Of a stretch of DNA of 64,000 nt, positions 17,991 through 27,375 are shown piece by piece. Source of the DNA: an uncultured Chloroflexia bacterium (GTDB lineage: Bacteria; Chloroflexota; Chloroflexia; Thermomicrobiales; UBA6265); contig CAVRUC010000010.1 in the NCBI GenBank assembly GCA_963724295.1, positions 256,001-320,000 on the forward strand. Reading direction: 5' to 3'. The notes beneath the pieces are model-generated. The model was not told where the DNA came from, did no database searches, and saw only the letters and a list, made by a program, of their open reading frames with translations. The first letter of the stretch is position 1. Each line of letters opens with the position of its first letter. The position numbers were made by a program, and so were the translations under genes.

Positions 17991-20453
17991 CTCTTGTCGG
18001 CAACCACCCTCTTCAGCCAATTCCACCTTGGAAACTCGTATGGGTTCCCTTGATCGTCGCAACCCCAGGCGCATGCCGTTCAGCGTCACAGCGAGTGAGG
18101 TCCCCATATCCGCGGCGACGGCGATCCAGAGATTCACGAAGCCGAATGCCGCCAGGACCAGCGCCGCCAGCTTCGTAAGCAGTGAGAGTCCGATGTTCTG
18201 GCGAATGACCCCGCTGGTCCGCCGCGACAGCTCCAGCGCCTCGGCCACGCCGTTCAGATCGTCGCCCATCAGCGCGATATCGGCCGTCTCCAGCGCCACG
18301 TCGGTTCCCGCCGCCCCCATGGCGATACCGACGTCGGCGGTCGCCAGTGCCGGTGCGTCGTTGACCCCGTCGCCGACCATCACCACCGGGCCGTAGCGCC
18401 GGCGCAGATCCCGCACCGCCACCGCCTTCTCCTCCGGCAGCAGCTCGGCAAGCACGCTATCGGCACCGACGGCGCGCGCGATCGCCTCCCCCGTAGCCCG
18501 GGTGTCCCCCGTCAACACAGCCACATGAGCGATCCCGGCCTCCCGCATGCGGCGCACGGCATCGGCGGCGTGCGGGCGGAGCCGATCGGCGACGGCAATC
18601 ACGCCCAGCGGCCGCAACGCGCTATCGACATCGTCCGCGGCAGCGACGAAGAGCGGAGTCGACCCCGCCTCCGCCAGCCGCGCCATTTCCCGCGCCAGCG
18701 CGCTCGGCCGCTCCTCGGTGCCGGCCAGCCCTAGCTCGCGGGCGAGGCGGATGCTGCCCACCACCGTCTCGCGGCCAGCGACGCGGGCCGAAGCGCCCTT
18801 GCCCGGCGTCGCCAGGAAGCCGTCCGCCATTGGCACGGCGATCCCTTCCTGGCGCGCCTTCAGCGCCACCGCCCGCGCCAGCGGGTGCTCTGACAGCGCC
18901 TCGACCGCGGCCGCGGTCGCAAGCAGGGAGCGCGCATCCGTCGCGCCGCCCGCCAGGGGAACGACGTCGATCACTTCAGGGCGACCGATGGTGAGGGTCC
19001 CGGTCTTGTCGATGGCCACGACTTTCGCCGCTCCGGCCGCCTCTAGCGCCGCTCCGCCCTTGACCAGGATGCCGCGCCGGGACGCCGCCCCAATCGCGGA
19101 GACGATCGAGACTGGAGTCGAGATCACCAACGCGCAAGGGCAGGCGATCACCAGGAGCGTCAGCGCGCGGTAGATCCAGGTTCGGGGGTCGTCTGTCACG
19201 AGCGATCCCCCGACAGCCAGCAGCGCCGCTCCCAGGATCACCGCCGGGGTATAGACCGCGGCGAAGCGATCCACCATCTGTTGCGCGGGGGCTCTGCTCC
19301 CCTGCGCCTCCTCGACCAGATGGATCACGCGGGCCAGGGTCGAGTCGGCGGCCTCCCGCGAAACCCGCAGCAGCAGCGCGCCGGGTCCGTTCACCGTGCC
19401 CGCGAAACAGTCGTCACCCGGCTCTTTGTCCGCCGGCATCGATTCACCGGTGATCGGGCTCTGGTCGACGGCGGAGACCCCCTCGACCACGACGCCATCG
19501 GCCGGGAGACGCTCGCCGGGACGCACCCGCACCAGATCACCGATCGAGAGCGCTTCGACCAGGACCGAGCTCTCCACGCCGGCCGCATCGACCCGGGAAG
19601 CGGTAGCGGGCGAGAGCGCCATCAGACCCCGGATCGCCCCCCGCGTCCGCTCCAGGGTCCGCGCCTGCAGCGCCCCCCCGAGCGCGAAGAGAACGACCAC
19701 CGCCGCACCCTCGCCCCATTCGCCGAGGACGGCCGCGCCGATCGCGGAGACCGACATCAGGACATTCATGTCGAGACGGCCGGCCCGCGCCGACTGCATT
19801 CCCGCACGGGCGAACGGCCAGCCGCCGCCGACGATCGCTCCGGCAAAGAGCGCGGTCGCGAGCGGGCTTTCGCCGCCAGTGAAGGAGATGACACTACCCG
19901 CGACCCAGAGCGCGGCGGCCAGCAACACCCATCGCAGCCGGTGGTCACGCCACCAGGCGAGCGCGTCTGCCGTCGCGCCGCGGGGACCGGACTCCGCCGT
20001 CGCCTGGTATCCGGCACGGGCCACCGTCCTGGCGATCTCGTCCCCCGGTGGGGGGACACCCGTGGTGGGCACGACTGTCAGCGTCGCCGTACCGAAGTTC
20101 ACCCGTGCGCTCTCGACGCCCGGCATCGCGCCCACCACCCGCTCGACGCTCGCCGCGCAGTCGGCGCAGTCCATCCCGGCGATACGGAATCGCAGCGTGG
20201 CGGCAGGCGGGGACGGAACCGTGTAGCCGAGGGTCTGGATGCGGGCGATGACCCCCGCCAGATCGAGCAGTGCGGGGTCGATCTCGACCCGCGCGTTGCC
20301 GGCCGCGAAGTTGACCGTGGCATCACACACCCCGGGCGTGTCCCGCAACCCGGCCGCCAGCGACTCGGCACAGACCGGGCAATCGAGCCCGGCGACGGGG
20401 AGGGTGAGCGCCGCGTCGCTCGCGCTTGCGGCACGCGGGAAGGTGGCGGTCAT
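17985..20453 (-). CDS. Heavy-metal P1B-type ATPase (Zn/Cd/Pb; CadA/ZntA-like) with two N-terminal HMA domains
   Basis: GLDCPVC, GMDCADC, TGES, CPCAL, DKTGT, EHPLA, GDGVND; TM residues TKL and ADMG typical of P1B-2. Confidence 0.93.
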   Translation of the reverse strand: MTATFPRAASASDAALTLPVAGLDCPVCAESLAAGLRDTPGVCDATVNFAAGNARVEIDPALLDLAGVIARIQTLGYTVPSPPAATLRFRIAGMDCADCAASVERVVGAMPGVESARVNFGTATLTVVPTTGVPPPGDEIARTVARAGYQATAESGPRGATADALAWWRDHRLRWVLLAAALWVAGSVISFTGGESPLATALFAGAIVGGGWPFARAGMQSARAGRLDMNVLMSVSAIGAAVLGEWGEGAAVVVLFALGGALQARTLERTRGAIRGLMALSPATASRVDAAGVESSVLVEALSIGDLVRVRPGERLPADGVVVEGVSAVDQSPITGESMPADKEPGDDCFAGTVNGPGALLLRVSREAADSTLARVIHLVEEAQGSRAPAQQMVDRFAAVYTPAVILGAALLAVGGSLVTDDPRTWIYRALTLLVIACPCALVISTPVSIVSAIGAASRRGILVKGGAALEAAGAAKVVAIDKTGTLTIGRPEVIDVVPLAGGATDARSLLATAAAVEALSEHPLARAVALKARQEGIAVPMADGFLATPGKGASARVAGRETVVGSIRLARELGLAGTEERPSALAREMARLAEAGSTPLFVAAADDVDSALRPLGVIAVADRLRPHAADAVRRMREAGIAHVAVLTGDTRATGEAIARAVGADSVLAELLPEEKAVAVRDLRRRYGPVVMVGDGVNDAPALATADVGIAMGAAGTDVALETADIALMGDDLNGVAEALELSRRTSGVIRQNIGLSLLTKLAALVLAAFGFVNLWIAVAADMGTSLAVTLNGMRLGLRRSREPIRVSKVELAEEGGCRQEL

Positions 20454-20869
20454 CGTTCTTCCGGCCCGGCGGCGATCTCTGCCGCGTGCGCGATGCCCAT
20501 CGCCATCAGGTCGCGCACGTGGTCGTCGTCGAGGGCGTAGAAGATGACGCGACCTTCTCGCCGAGAGCGCACCAGCCTCCCCTCGCGCAGGGTGCGCAGC
20601 TGGTGAGAGACGGTCGTGCGGTTGATCCCGGTGGCGGCGGCCAGGTCGCAGACGCAGAGTTCGCCGGTCGCCAGCGCGGCCAGCAAGCGCAGCCGCGTCG
20701 GATCGGCGAGCAGCGCAAAGAGCCCGGCCACATCGGGCACCGGCGGCATGACACCGAGCGCCGCCCGCGCCGCAAAGACGGCCGGCGGATGGATGAGCGC
20801 GACGTCGCACTTGCAGTCATCCCCTGGCGGTTGTGAGGTCGACGCTTGCATAGCGGACATGTGCGTCAT
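20450..20869 (-). CDS. ArsR/SmtB family metal-sensing repressor (CadC/SmtB-like)
   Basis: LADPTRLRLL, ELCVCDLA, VSHQLRTLR, YALDDDHV; N-terminal CKC; ATGA overlap with the ATPase; start uncertain (20869/20860/20851). Confidence 0.9.
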   Translation of the reverse strand: MTHMSAMQASTSQPPGDDCKCDVALIHPPAVFAARAALGVMPPVPDVAGLFALLADPTRLRLLAALATGELCVCDLAAATGINRTTVSHQLRTLREGRLVRSRREGRVIFYALDDDHVRDLMAMGIAHAAEIAAGPEER

Positions 20870-20884
20870 GATGCACATATTATA
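20859..20884 (-). promoter_or_regulatory. -10 box TATAAT with an adjacent ArsR/SmtB-type operator palindrome
   Basis: ATGTGCGTCA|TGATGCACAT (9/10 inverted repeat, 20859-20878) abutting TATAAT (minus strand, 20879-20884). Confidence 0.7.
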
Positions 20885-21159
20885 CGCCGTCGCCGGCCGC
20901 GTGTCCTGGCAATCGATGGGCGATCACTCCCGCTCCCTCCGCCTCTCGCATCGGGTGCGGCCGGAACGCCTCGCACGTGGGCACGTAGGAAGTCTCGACC
21001 CGAACTGTGGGCGATGGGGAGCCGTCGCCGTCGTGGCAAGGAACTTGCACAACAGTTCGCCACGGGCATGCGCCCAATCGATGACCGGCAGGGGGTCTCG
21101 CGGCCATATCGATGCCCGTTGGGATCCCGCTCAAAAGAGACGCGAGGAGAGAATCGCCA

Positions 21160-21411
21160 ATGTCATCCACGGAGACGACCGGTACCCGCGACGTCACGTA
21201 CGACCTGATCAGCGTGGTCTACCACGCGCTGCAAGGCGCCGAGACGTACCAGATGTACGAGCAGGACGCGCAGCAAGAGGGAGATCAGGAAGCCGCGGCA
21301 CTGTTCCACGAGGCTCACCAGTCGAGTCGCCAGTGGGCCGACCGCGCCAAGTCCCTGCTCGGTCAGCGCATGAGCCAGGGAAGTCAGAGCGGCTCGGGAC
21401 AGCGCTCCTGA
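21160..21411 (+). CDS. Small helical hypothetical protein (half-ferritin-like)
   Basis: SD GAGGAG; TYDLISVVYHALQGAETY..YEQDA...GDQE. Confidence 0.75.
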   Translation: MSSTETTGTRDVTYDLISVVYHALQGAETYQMYEQDAQQEGDQEAAALFHEAHQSSRQWADRAKSLLGQRMSQGSQSGSGQRS

Positions 21412-21495
21412 TCCGAGAGCAGAAACCACAGCCGTGCCCACGGCCCCTACCCGGGCGCGGTTGAGAAGAACGGCGATCTAAACGAAGCTCACGTT

Positions 21496-21533
21496 GGAGG
21501 GCGCTGGTCTTGGCCAGTGCCCTCCTCTTCTTT
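21496..21533 (+). terminator. Intrinsic terminator
   Basis: GGAGGGCGCTGG...CCAGTGCCCTCC followed by TCTTCTTT. Confidence 0.6.
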
Positions 21534-21611
21534 GTGGATCTCGGAATCTTGACGGCTACCGAAGGCGGCGGTAGCGTGGCGGTCTCTCCTCATCTGCCAT
21601 AGGGAGGCGCC

Positions 21612-22151
21612 GTGGAAGACCGATTTGCCGCCCTCGCCGAATGGCACGACTTTTTCGCCGCCGTCGCCGGCGTGACGGCAACATTGGTCGGCCTGCTCTT
21701 TGTTGCACTTGCCCTGAACCCGGCGGTCATGGCCGACGATAGCCCGGCTGGGCTACGCACCTGGGCCGGCCACACATTCCACAGCTTCCTGCTGGTGCTC
21801 GTCATCGCGCTGGTCGTCTTGATTCCAGACACTGGTCCACTTGGCTTGGGCTTGCCGCTGCTCATCCTGGGCGTGTGGGGAGTGATCCGGGTCATCATCG
21901 AGGCGCGTCAGGTGCGCAGCGACCCCTCTCCAGAGTGGCACGGCCGGTCGGTGCTGACCCGCTTCGCGTCGCCGCTTGCCGGCTATGCGATCGCCGCCTG
22001 GGTCGGACTGCAAGCGCTGCGCGGCGATGCCGACGCGGTCGGCTGGCTGGTCGCCACGGTCTTCTTCCTGATGATGAGCGCGGCCGGCAACTGCTGGGAC
22101 CTGCTCCGGGAGATCGGCGACCACCACCGGTCTGGCACGACCGACCCGTGA
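21612..22151 (+). CDS. Hypothetical multi-pass membrane protein
   Basis: SD GGAGG; WHDFF...ATLVGLLFVALALN; about 5 hydrophobic segments. Confidence 0.8.
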   Translation: MEDRFAALAEWHDFFAAVAGVTATLVGLLFVALALNPAVMADDSPAGLRTWAGHTFHSFLLVLVIALVVLIPDTGPLGLGLPLLILGVWGVIRVIIEARQVRSDPSPEWHGRSVLTRFASPLAGYAIAAWVGLQALRGDADAVGWLVATVFFLMMSAAGNCWDLLREIGDHHRSGTTDP

Positions 22152-22159
22152 ATCGGACG

Positions 22160-22330
22160 GTTGTTGCCGCTGGCTATCGGCTCCTGGCTATCGGCTCTCG
22201 GCCAGTGGCTACCGGCTTTCGGCTATCGGCGATAAGCCTTCTTACGACTCACGACTCACGACTCAGTTGCCGTCTCGCCGTCTTTCTTCTCGACTCACCG
22301 ACTCACCGACTTACCGACTTACCGACTCCC
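22160..22330. repeat. Mixed 7-mer (GGCTATC, ACGACTC) and 8-mer (ACCGACTC/T) tandem arrays
   Basis: ggctatcggctcctggctatcggctctc..., acgactcacgactcacgactc, accgactcaccgacttaccgacttaccgactc; the last units overlap the uxuA 3' end. Confidence 0.8.
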
Positions 22331-23296
22331 GTCTTGGCTGCTCCTTCGGCCAGTCCCTTGATGTACCCGATGGCGAAGAGGCGTCCCAACACGTCGTAGC
22401 CCGGTGCGAGGTTCTCCTCCCCCTCCATCGTCGGTACGTGGTCGGGACGCAGTGGACCGTCGAAGCCGAGCTCCTGGTATGTCCGCATCGCGGCGAACAT
22501 GTCGGTCTGCCCCTCGTCGTGGAAGGTCTCGACGAAGCGCTCCGGGGTGCCGCGCACATCCCGGAAATGGACGAAGTGCAGCGCGCCGCGATCGGCGAAA
22601 TCCCGTATCTCGGCCGGAATATCGGCCCCCATCGTGGCGAAGGTCCCCTGGCACATCGTAATTCCGTTGTACGGGCTCGGTACCAGCTCGATCGCGCGGC
22701 GCATGGCCTCCGGCGTGCGCAGGATGCGCGCCATTCCCCGGATCGGCGAGATCGGCGGGTCGTCCGGGTGCAGCGCCAGCTTCACCCCGGCCGCTTCGGC
22801 GACGGGCACGACGCGCTCCATGAAGCGCCCGAGAGCTCTCCCAGAGCGTGTCGTCGCTCACCTCACCGGCCGGAGTGTACGGAGCGTCCCGCATCAGCGC
22901 GTGGTCGTACGAGGTGACCAGCGCCCCGCCCCGGGTCGGAGTAGTTGTCGAGGTCCGCGTCCAGTTGAAGACGGCCATCCAGTTCCAGCAAACGACCGGG
23001 ACTCCCACCGCGCCAAGATTGCGGATCAGGGTGCAACAGCGCTCGATCTCCTCGTCGGCGCCGAGCAGCCCCAGCTTCGCCGCATGCAACCACGGGAAGC
23101 CGGTCTCGATCACCTCCAGCGTCAACCCGGCGTCCGCAAAGCGGGTCTTCATCCGCAGCAGCGGCAGGAACTCCCACCCCGGCCCATCCAGATCGTCGGG
23201 CGGCACCTGCGACACGGCATGCGTCACTCCTGCCTGCCGCGCCAGCGTCCACGTTGCATTCGGAAACGGCGGCAGATACTCGGCGAGCTTGAACAT
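22303..23296 (-). CDS. uxuA: Mannonate dehydratase; frameshift near 22835
   Basis: CWNWM..FNWTRT in the 5' frame; LALHPDDPP, CQG, HFRDV, ETFHDEG, RPDHVP, GRLFAIGYIKG in the 3' frame. Confidence 0.88.
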
Positions 23297-23450
23297 CGTG
23301 GTCCGCCTCTTTCTGATATCACTCGGCAATTGGCGGCAGCTATCTAACCCGCCTTCGGCAAAGAAGGCAACGACGCCGAGCTGAGCATGCGCGCGGCGTT
23401 CACCGCGAGATCTGCCTCAGCGGCCGGGGTAGAGAGGAGGGACGGGCACC

Positions 23451-23991
23451 ATGGAGGCGTTACAAGGTTTTGCTGGCGCGGTAGTTGGTGGCCTCATTGT
23501 TGGGGTGTTGAACTGGTTTCTTCAGGACAAGCAGCACAAATACGCGCTTGAATTGCAAGACAATCAATTCAAGTTCGAGAGCGCCGAACGAAAGTCGCAG
23601 CGATGGGCTGAATCGCAGCGGAAAGCTATCAGCGATTTACAGGACGCTTGCGGCCTGCTGGCTGATGCGACGAATCCAGCAAGAACAATGAGAAAGTTCT
23701 ACATGGAAAAACCTTCGTCGAGGAGAGGCTAGCTATTCTAAGGGAGCAATGGTTCCAAGACTGGCAATCCGGAACGCGCCAAGTGGGGATCCTTGCTCAC
23801 CGCGTCGACGGTCCCGTGCTAACGGAACGAGCTTACGCCGTAGGGATGTTGCCCTACGCTATGAATCATTCGTTTTTCATCAGACGAATCTAGATCTCCG
23901 CGAGGAGCATGGGCAGAGACTAGATCAAGCCCTGAGCGAGCTTAACGAACTAGCCGGAAGGCTCTATCGTGAGCTAGACGCAGCAATTTAG
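23451..23991 (+). pseudogene. AT-richer hypothetical gene (N-terminal TM plus helical body) split by frameshifts
   Basis: SD GAGGAGG; ORFs 23451..23732 and 23749..23991, with protein-like sequence in a third frame (EQWFQDWQSGTRQVGILAHRVDG). Confidence 0.5.
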
Positions 23992-24096
23992 ATCCAAGGC
24001 GGGCTTGGTGGCGAGCCGTCTTCTGCACGACACCGGGGAAGCGGACCAGACCCAAGCGTCGAGCAAACCTCGTAATACGTCATAAGGAAGCCAACG

Positions 24097-25120
24097 ATGC
24101 TGAGAACGCGCTTCACGGACCTCGTCGGTTGCACGGTTCCGATCCAGCAGGCCGGGATGGCGCCGTCTCGCCGCCCGAGCTGGTCGCCGCCGTGTCGAAT
24201 GCCGGCGGGCTGGGCATGCTCGGACCGCCCGCTGGGGCGGTCGGCGCTCGCCAATCTCAACCGCCTCATCGACCAGGTCGAGGCGCTGACCGCCGTCCCT
24301 TCGGCATCAATTTCATCATCGCGCCGGAACACATGGGCAACACCGACCCCGGCTGCTTCGCCCTCGCCGGGCGCCGCGCCCGGGTCGTGGAGTTCTTCTG
24401 GGCGTGGCCAGACCCGGCGTTGATAGAAACCGTCCACGAGCAGGGTGCACTCGTCAGCTGGCAGGTTGGCTCGCGAGAGGAGGCGGTCGCGGCGGCCGCG
24501 GCAGGCAGCGATCTGATCGTGGCTCAGGGCATGGAGGCTGGCGGCCATGTGCGGGGCAAGATCGGCATCCTTGCCCTGCTCGACGAAGTGCTGGCCGCGG
24601 TTGACGTGCCGGTGCTGGCAGCCGGTGGTGTTGGCACCGGGCGCGCATTGGCGGCCGTCTTGGCCGCCGGGGCCGACGGCGCTCGGGTGGGTACCCGCTT
24701 CGTCGCCGCGGAGGAGTCCGATGCGCATCCACTCTATGTCGAGGCACTGCTTGCCGCCGGTCCCGCGGACACGGTCTACACCGAGGCTTTCTCCGTCGGT
24801 ATGGGATGCCCCTCACCGCGTATTGCGCTCTTGTGTGGCGGCCGCGGAAGCCTTCCCCGGCGACATCGTCGGAGAGGTCCCGACGACTGGACGGAACGCG
24901 GGAGGCACTACACCGGCCGGGTGGGGCTATCGGCGCCCAACGGCGATCGATCGCGGTACGACCGGCACCATCGCTGCGATGGCGCTCTGGGCCGAGGAGC
25001 GAGTCTTCCGCGGCGTGACACGCGTGCGGCCTGACCGCCGAGATCGTGCGCGAGCTGGCAGGGACGCCGGAGCGCCTCCTCCGCCGCTGGGACCCCGAGG
25101 CCGGCCCATCGACGGGTGCG
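24097..25120 (+). pseudogene. Nitronate monooxygenase (2-nitropropane dioxygenase) family, several frameshifts
   Basis: MLRTRFTDLVGCTVPIQQAGM / ELVAAVSNAGGLG / AQGMEAGGH / VPVLAAGG / RVGTRF / MALWA in shifting frames. Confidence 0.8.
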
Positions 25121-25300
25121 TGAAGGTCAGGCAAACAACCGGCCTCGTATTCTGCCTGGTCGTCTTGACGACCCATAGCGTCTCGTCTAGAGTGGCCGCT
25201 CGCGTGTGGCCGGCTTCACTGGATGGAGCGTCTTCCCGGCCCGCGCACCGCGCTTGGGTGGAATCCCCGGCAGTGCCGCCGGCGATGAAGGAGCGTGGCG

Positions 25301-26269
25301 ATGGCCGCCATTCCCGGCATCAGGCAGCGGGCGGGAACCGCCGACGCCGTGCCGCGCCGGCCCGCACTCCAGCGCGCTCTCGGCCGCGACTGGAAGATCG
25401 CCTGGCTCTTCATTCTGCCCCTCGTGCTGGTGCTCATCGGTCTCGTCGCCTACCCCTTCGTCGCCGGTATCATCCTCAGCTTTCAGCACAAAGTCGTCGG
25501 TCAGGAGCCGACCTGGGTCGGGCTGCGCAACTACCGGGAGTTGCTCGTCGGGGAGCAGTACTCCAGCACCTTCTGGAATTCGGTCCGCGTCTCCATCCTC
25601 TACACCGGCGCCGCCGTCGGGGTGAAGCTCGTGCTCGGCATGTGCATGGCGCTCCTCCTCAACGAGAAGTTCCGTGGGCAGACCCTGATGCGCGCCGTCC
25701 TCTTTCTCCCCTGGGCGGTGCCGACCATCATCGTCGCCCTCACCTGGCGCTGGATCTACGACGGCAGCCCGGCCGGGTTGATCAACTACATCCGCATCGA
25801 ATACTTCGAGGCGCAGACGCTCATCCAGTTTCTCGCCGACCCCAACCTCGCTCTCTGGTCGGTCATCGCCGTCGCTATCTGGCAGGGCACGCCCTTCTAC
25901 ACGATGATGTTTCTCGCCGCCATGCAGGCCATCCCGGGGGAGCAGTACGAGGCGGCGGCGCTGGACGGCGCCAACGTCTTCCGCCGCTTCTCGGACATCA
26001 CCCTCCCCAGTCTGGTGCCGGCGATAACCATCACCGCCCTCCTCTCGACGATCTGGACCGCCAATAGCATCAACTTCATCTTCGCCCTGACGCGGGGCGG
26101 ACCGGTCGGAGCGACGATGACCTTCCCCATGCTGGCCTATGAGGTCGGCATCGCGGGGGCCCGCCAGCTCGGTCTCGCCGCCGCCGTCTCGGTCCTCTTC
26201 TTCCCCCTCTTCATCATCGCCATCTATATCCTCACCAAGCGAATGCTCGCGACGGAGGGGAGGGCGTGA
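25301..26269 (+). CDS. Carbohydrate ABC transporter permease 1
   Basis: WVGLRNY, LPWAVP, YEAAALDGA EAA loop. Confidence 0.93.
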   Translation: MAAIPGIRQRAGTADAVPRRPALQRALGRDWKIAWLFILPLVLVLIGLVAYPFVAGIILSFQHKVVGQEPTWVGLRNYRELLVGEQYSSTFWNSVRVSILYTGAAVGVKLVLGMCMALLLNEKFRGQTLMRAVLFLPWAVPTIIVALTWRWIYDGSPAGLINYIRIEYFEAQTLIQFLADPNLALWSVIAVAIWQGTPFYTMMFLAAMQAIPGEQYEAAALDGANVFRRFSDITLPSLVPAITITALLSTIWTANSINFIFALTRGGPVGATMTFPMLAYEVGIAGARQLGLAAAVSVLFFPLFIIAIYILTKRMLATEGRA

Positions 26270-26283
26270 ACGTGGGTGACTTC

Positions 26284-26330
26284 GTCATCACCCTGACACT
26301 CCGGCACCCCGACACTCCGAGACCCTCGAC
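26284..26330. repeat. Degenerate 8-mer tandem array between the two permease genes
   Basis: caccctga cactccgg caccccga cactccga gaccctcg. Confidence 0.65.
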
Positions 26331-26342
26331 CGGAGGGCGTTC

Positions 26343-27182
26343 GTGAAGACCTGGTTCATGCGTAAGGGCATCCGCAACGTCGTCCTCTTCGCCGGTCTGG
26401 CGATCTTCGCCATCTGGACGCTCTTCCCGTTCCTCTGGATCCTCTCGACCTCGATCAAGCCCGACCGCGATCTCTATCGCAAGGTGAGTCTCTGGCCGGC
26501 GACCATCACCGATGCGCACTACATCGAAGTCCTCTTCGAGACACCCTTCCTGACTTACTTCAAGAACAGCTTCATGGTCGCCACGGCGACGACGGCGATC
26601 GCTATGATCGTCGCCGTCTTGGCCGCTTACGCGATGACCCGTCTCTCCTTCCGTGGTCGCACCTTCGTCGCCCGGGCCACCATAGTCACCTATCTGATCC
26701 CGGCGGCCCTTCTCTTCATCCCGCTCTTCCAGATCGCGCAGCAGCTGCCGTTCCAAGGGGACGCGGCGAGCTTGGTCGTGATCTACCTGATCTTCGCCGT
26801 ACCGTTCTCGACCTGGCTGGCCATCTCCTACTTCAACACCATCCCCTCGGATCTGGAGGACGCGGCGCTGGTCGACGGGGCGACGCGCCTGCGCTCGCTG
26901 GTGACCATCTTTATTCCGCTCGCGCTCCCCGCCCTGGCGGTGATTACGCTCTTCACCTTCACCATCGCCTGGAACGAGTTCCTCTTCGCGCTCTTGCTGA
27001 TCCAGCGCGACTCCCAGAAAACGGTGCCGATCGGTCTGGCGGAGTTCGTCGTTGGCGACGTTTTTGCATGGGGTCCGTTGATGGCCGGATCGCTGCTTGC
27101 CTCGCTGCCGCCGGTGCTCATCTATGTCGCCGCTCAGAAGTGGGTCGTCTCCGGCCTTGGCGGCGGGGCTATCAAAGGGTGA
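26343..27182 (+). CDS. Carbohydrate ABC transporter permease 2
   Basis: LEDAALVDGA, WNEFLFA, GLGGGAIKG. Confidence 0.93.
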   Translation: MKTWFMRKGIRNVVLFAGLAIFAIWTLFPFLWILSTSIKPDRDLYRKVSLWPATITDAHYIEVLFETPFLTYFKNSFMVATATTAIAMIVAVLAAYAMTRLSFRGRTFVARATIVTYLIPAALLFIPLFQIAQQLPFQGDAASLVVIYLIFAVPFSTWLAISYFNTIPSDLEDAALVDGATRLRSLVTIFIPLALPALAVITLFTFTIAWNEFLFALLLIQRDSQKTVPIGLAEFVVGDVFAWGPLMAGSLLASLPPVLIYVAAQKWVVSGLGGGAIKG

Positions 27183-27375
27183 CTCTGGGTCGCGCCGGGG
27201 ACCTTCACGGTCCGCACCGCACGACACGAGAGATCGCGGGTCTGCCAGGTCGGAGTCGACTGGCAGCCAATGGCGACCGTAGATGGTCGCAACATCGCGG
27301 CGACATGCGGCTCGTCGCGGAGTGCGCAGGATGAAGGGAGTCCAGGTGCGTGAGATCAGAGGTCCTGACAAGGAC

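Noticed and set aside
22820..22850. Programmed frameshifting in uxuA and the other split genes
   Set aside because: No slippery sequences or stimulatory structures; not known for these families.
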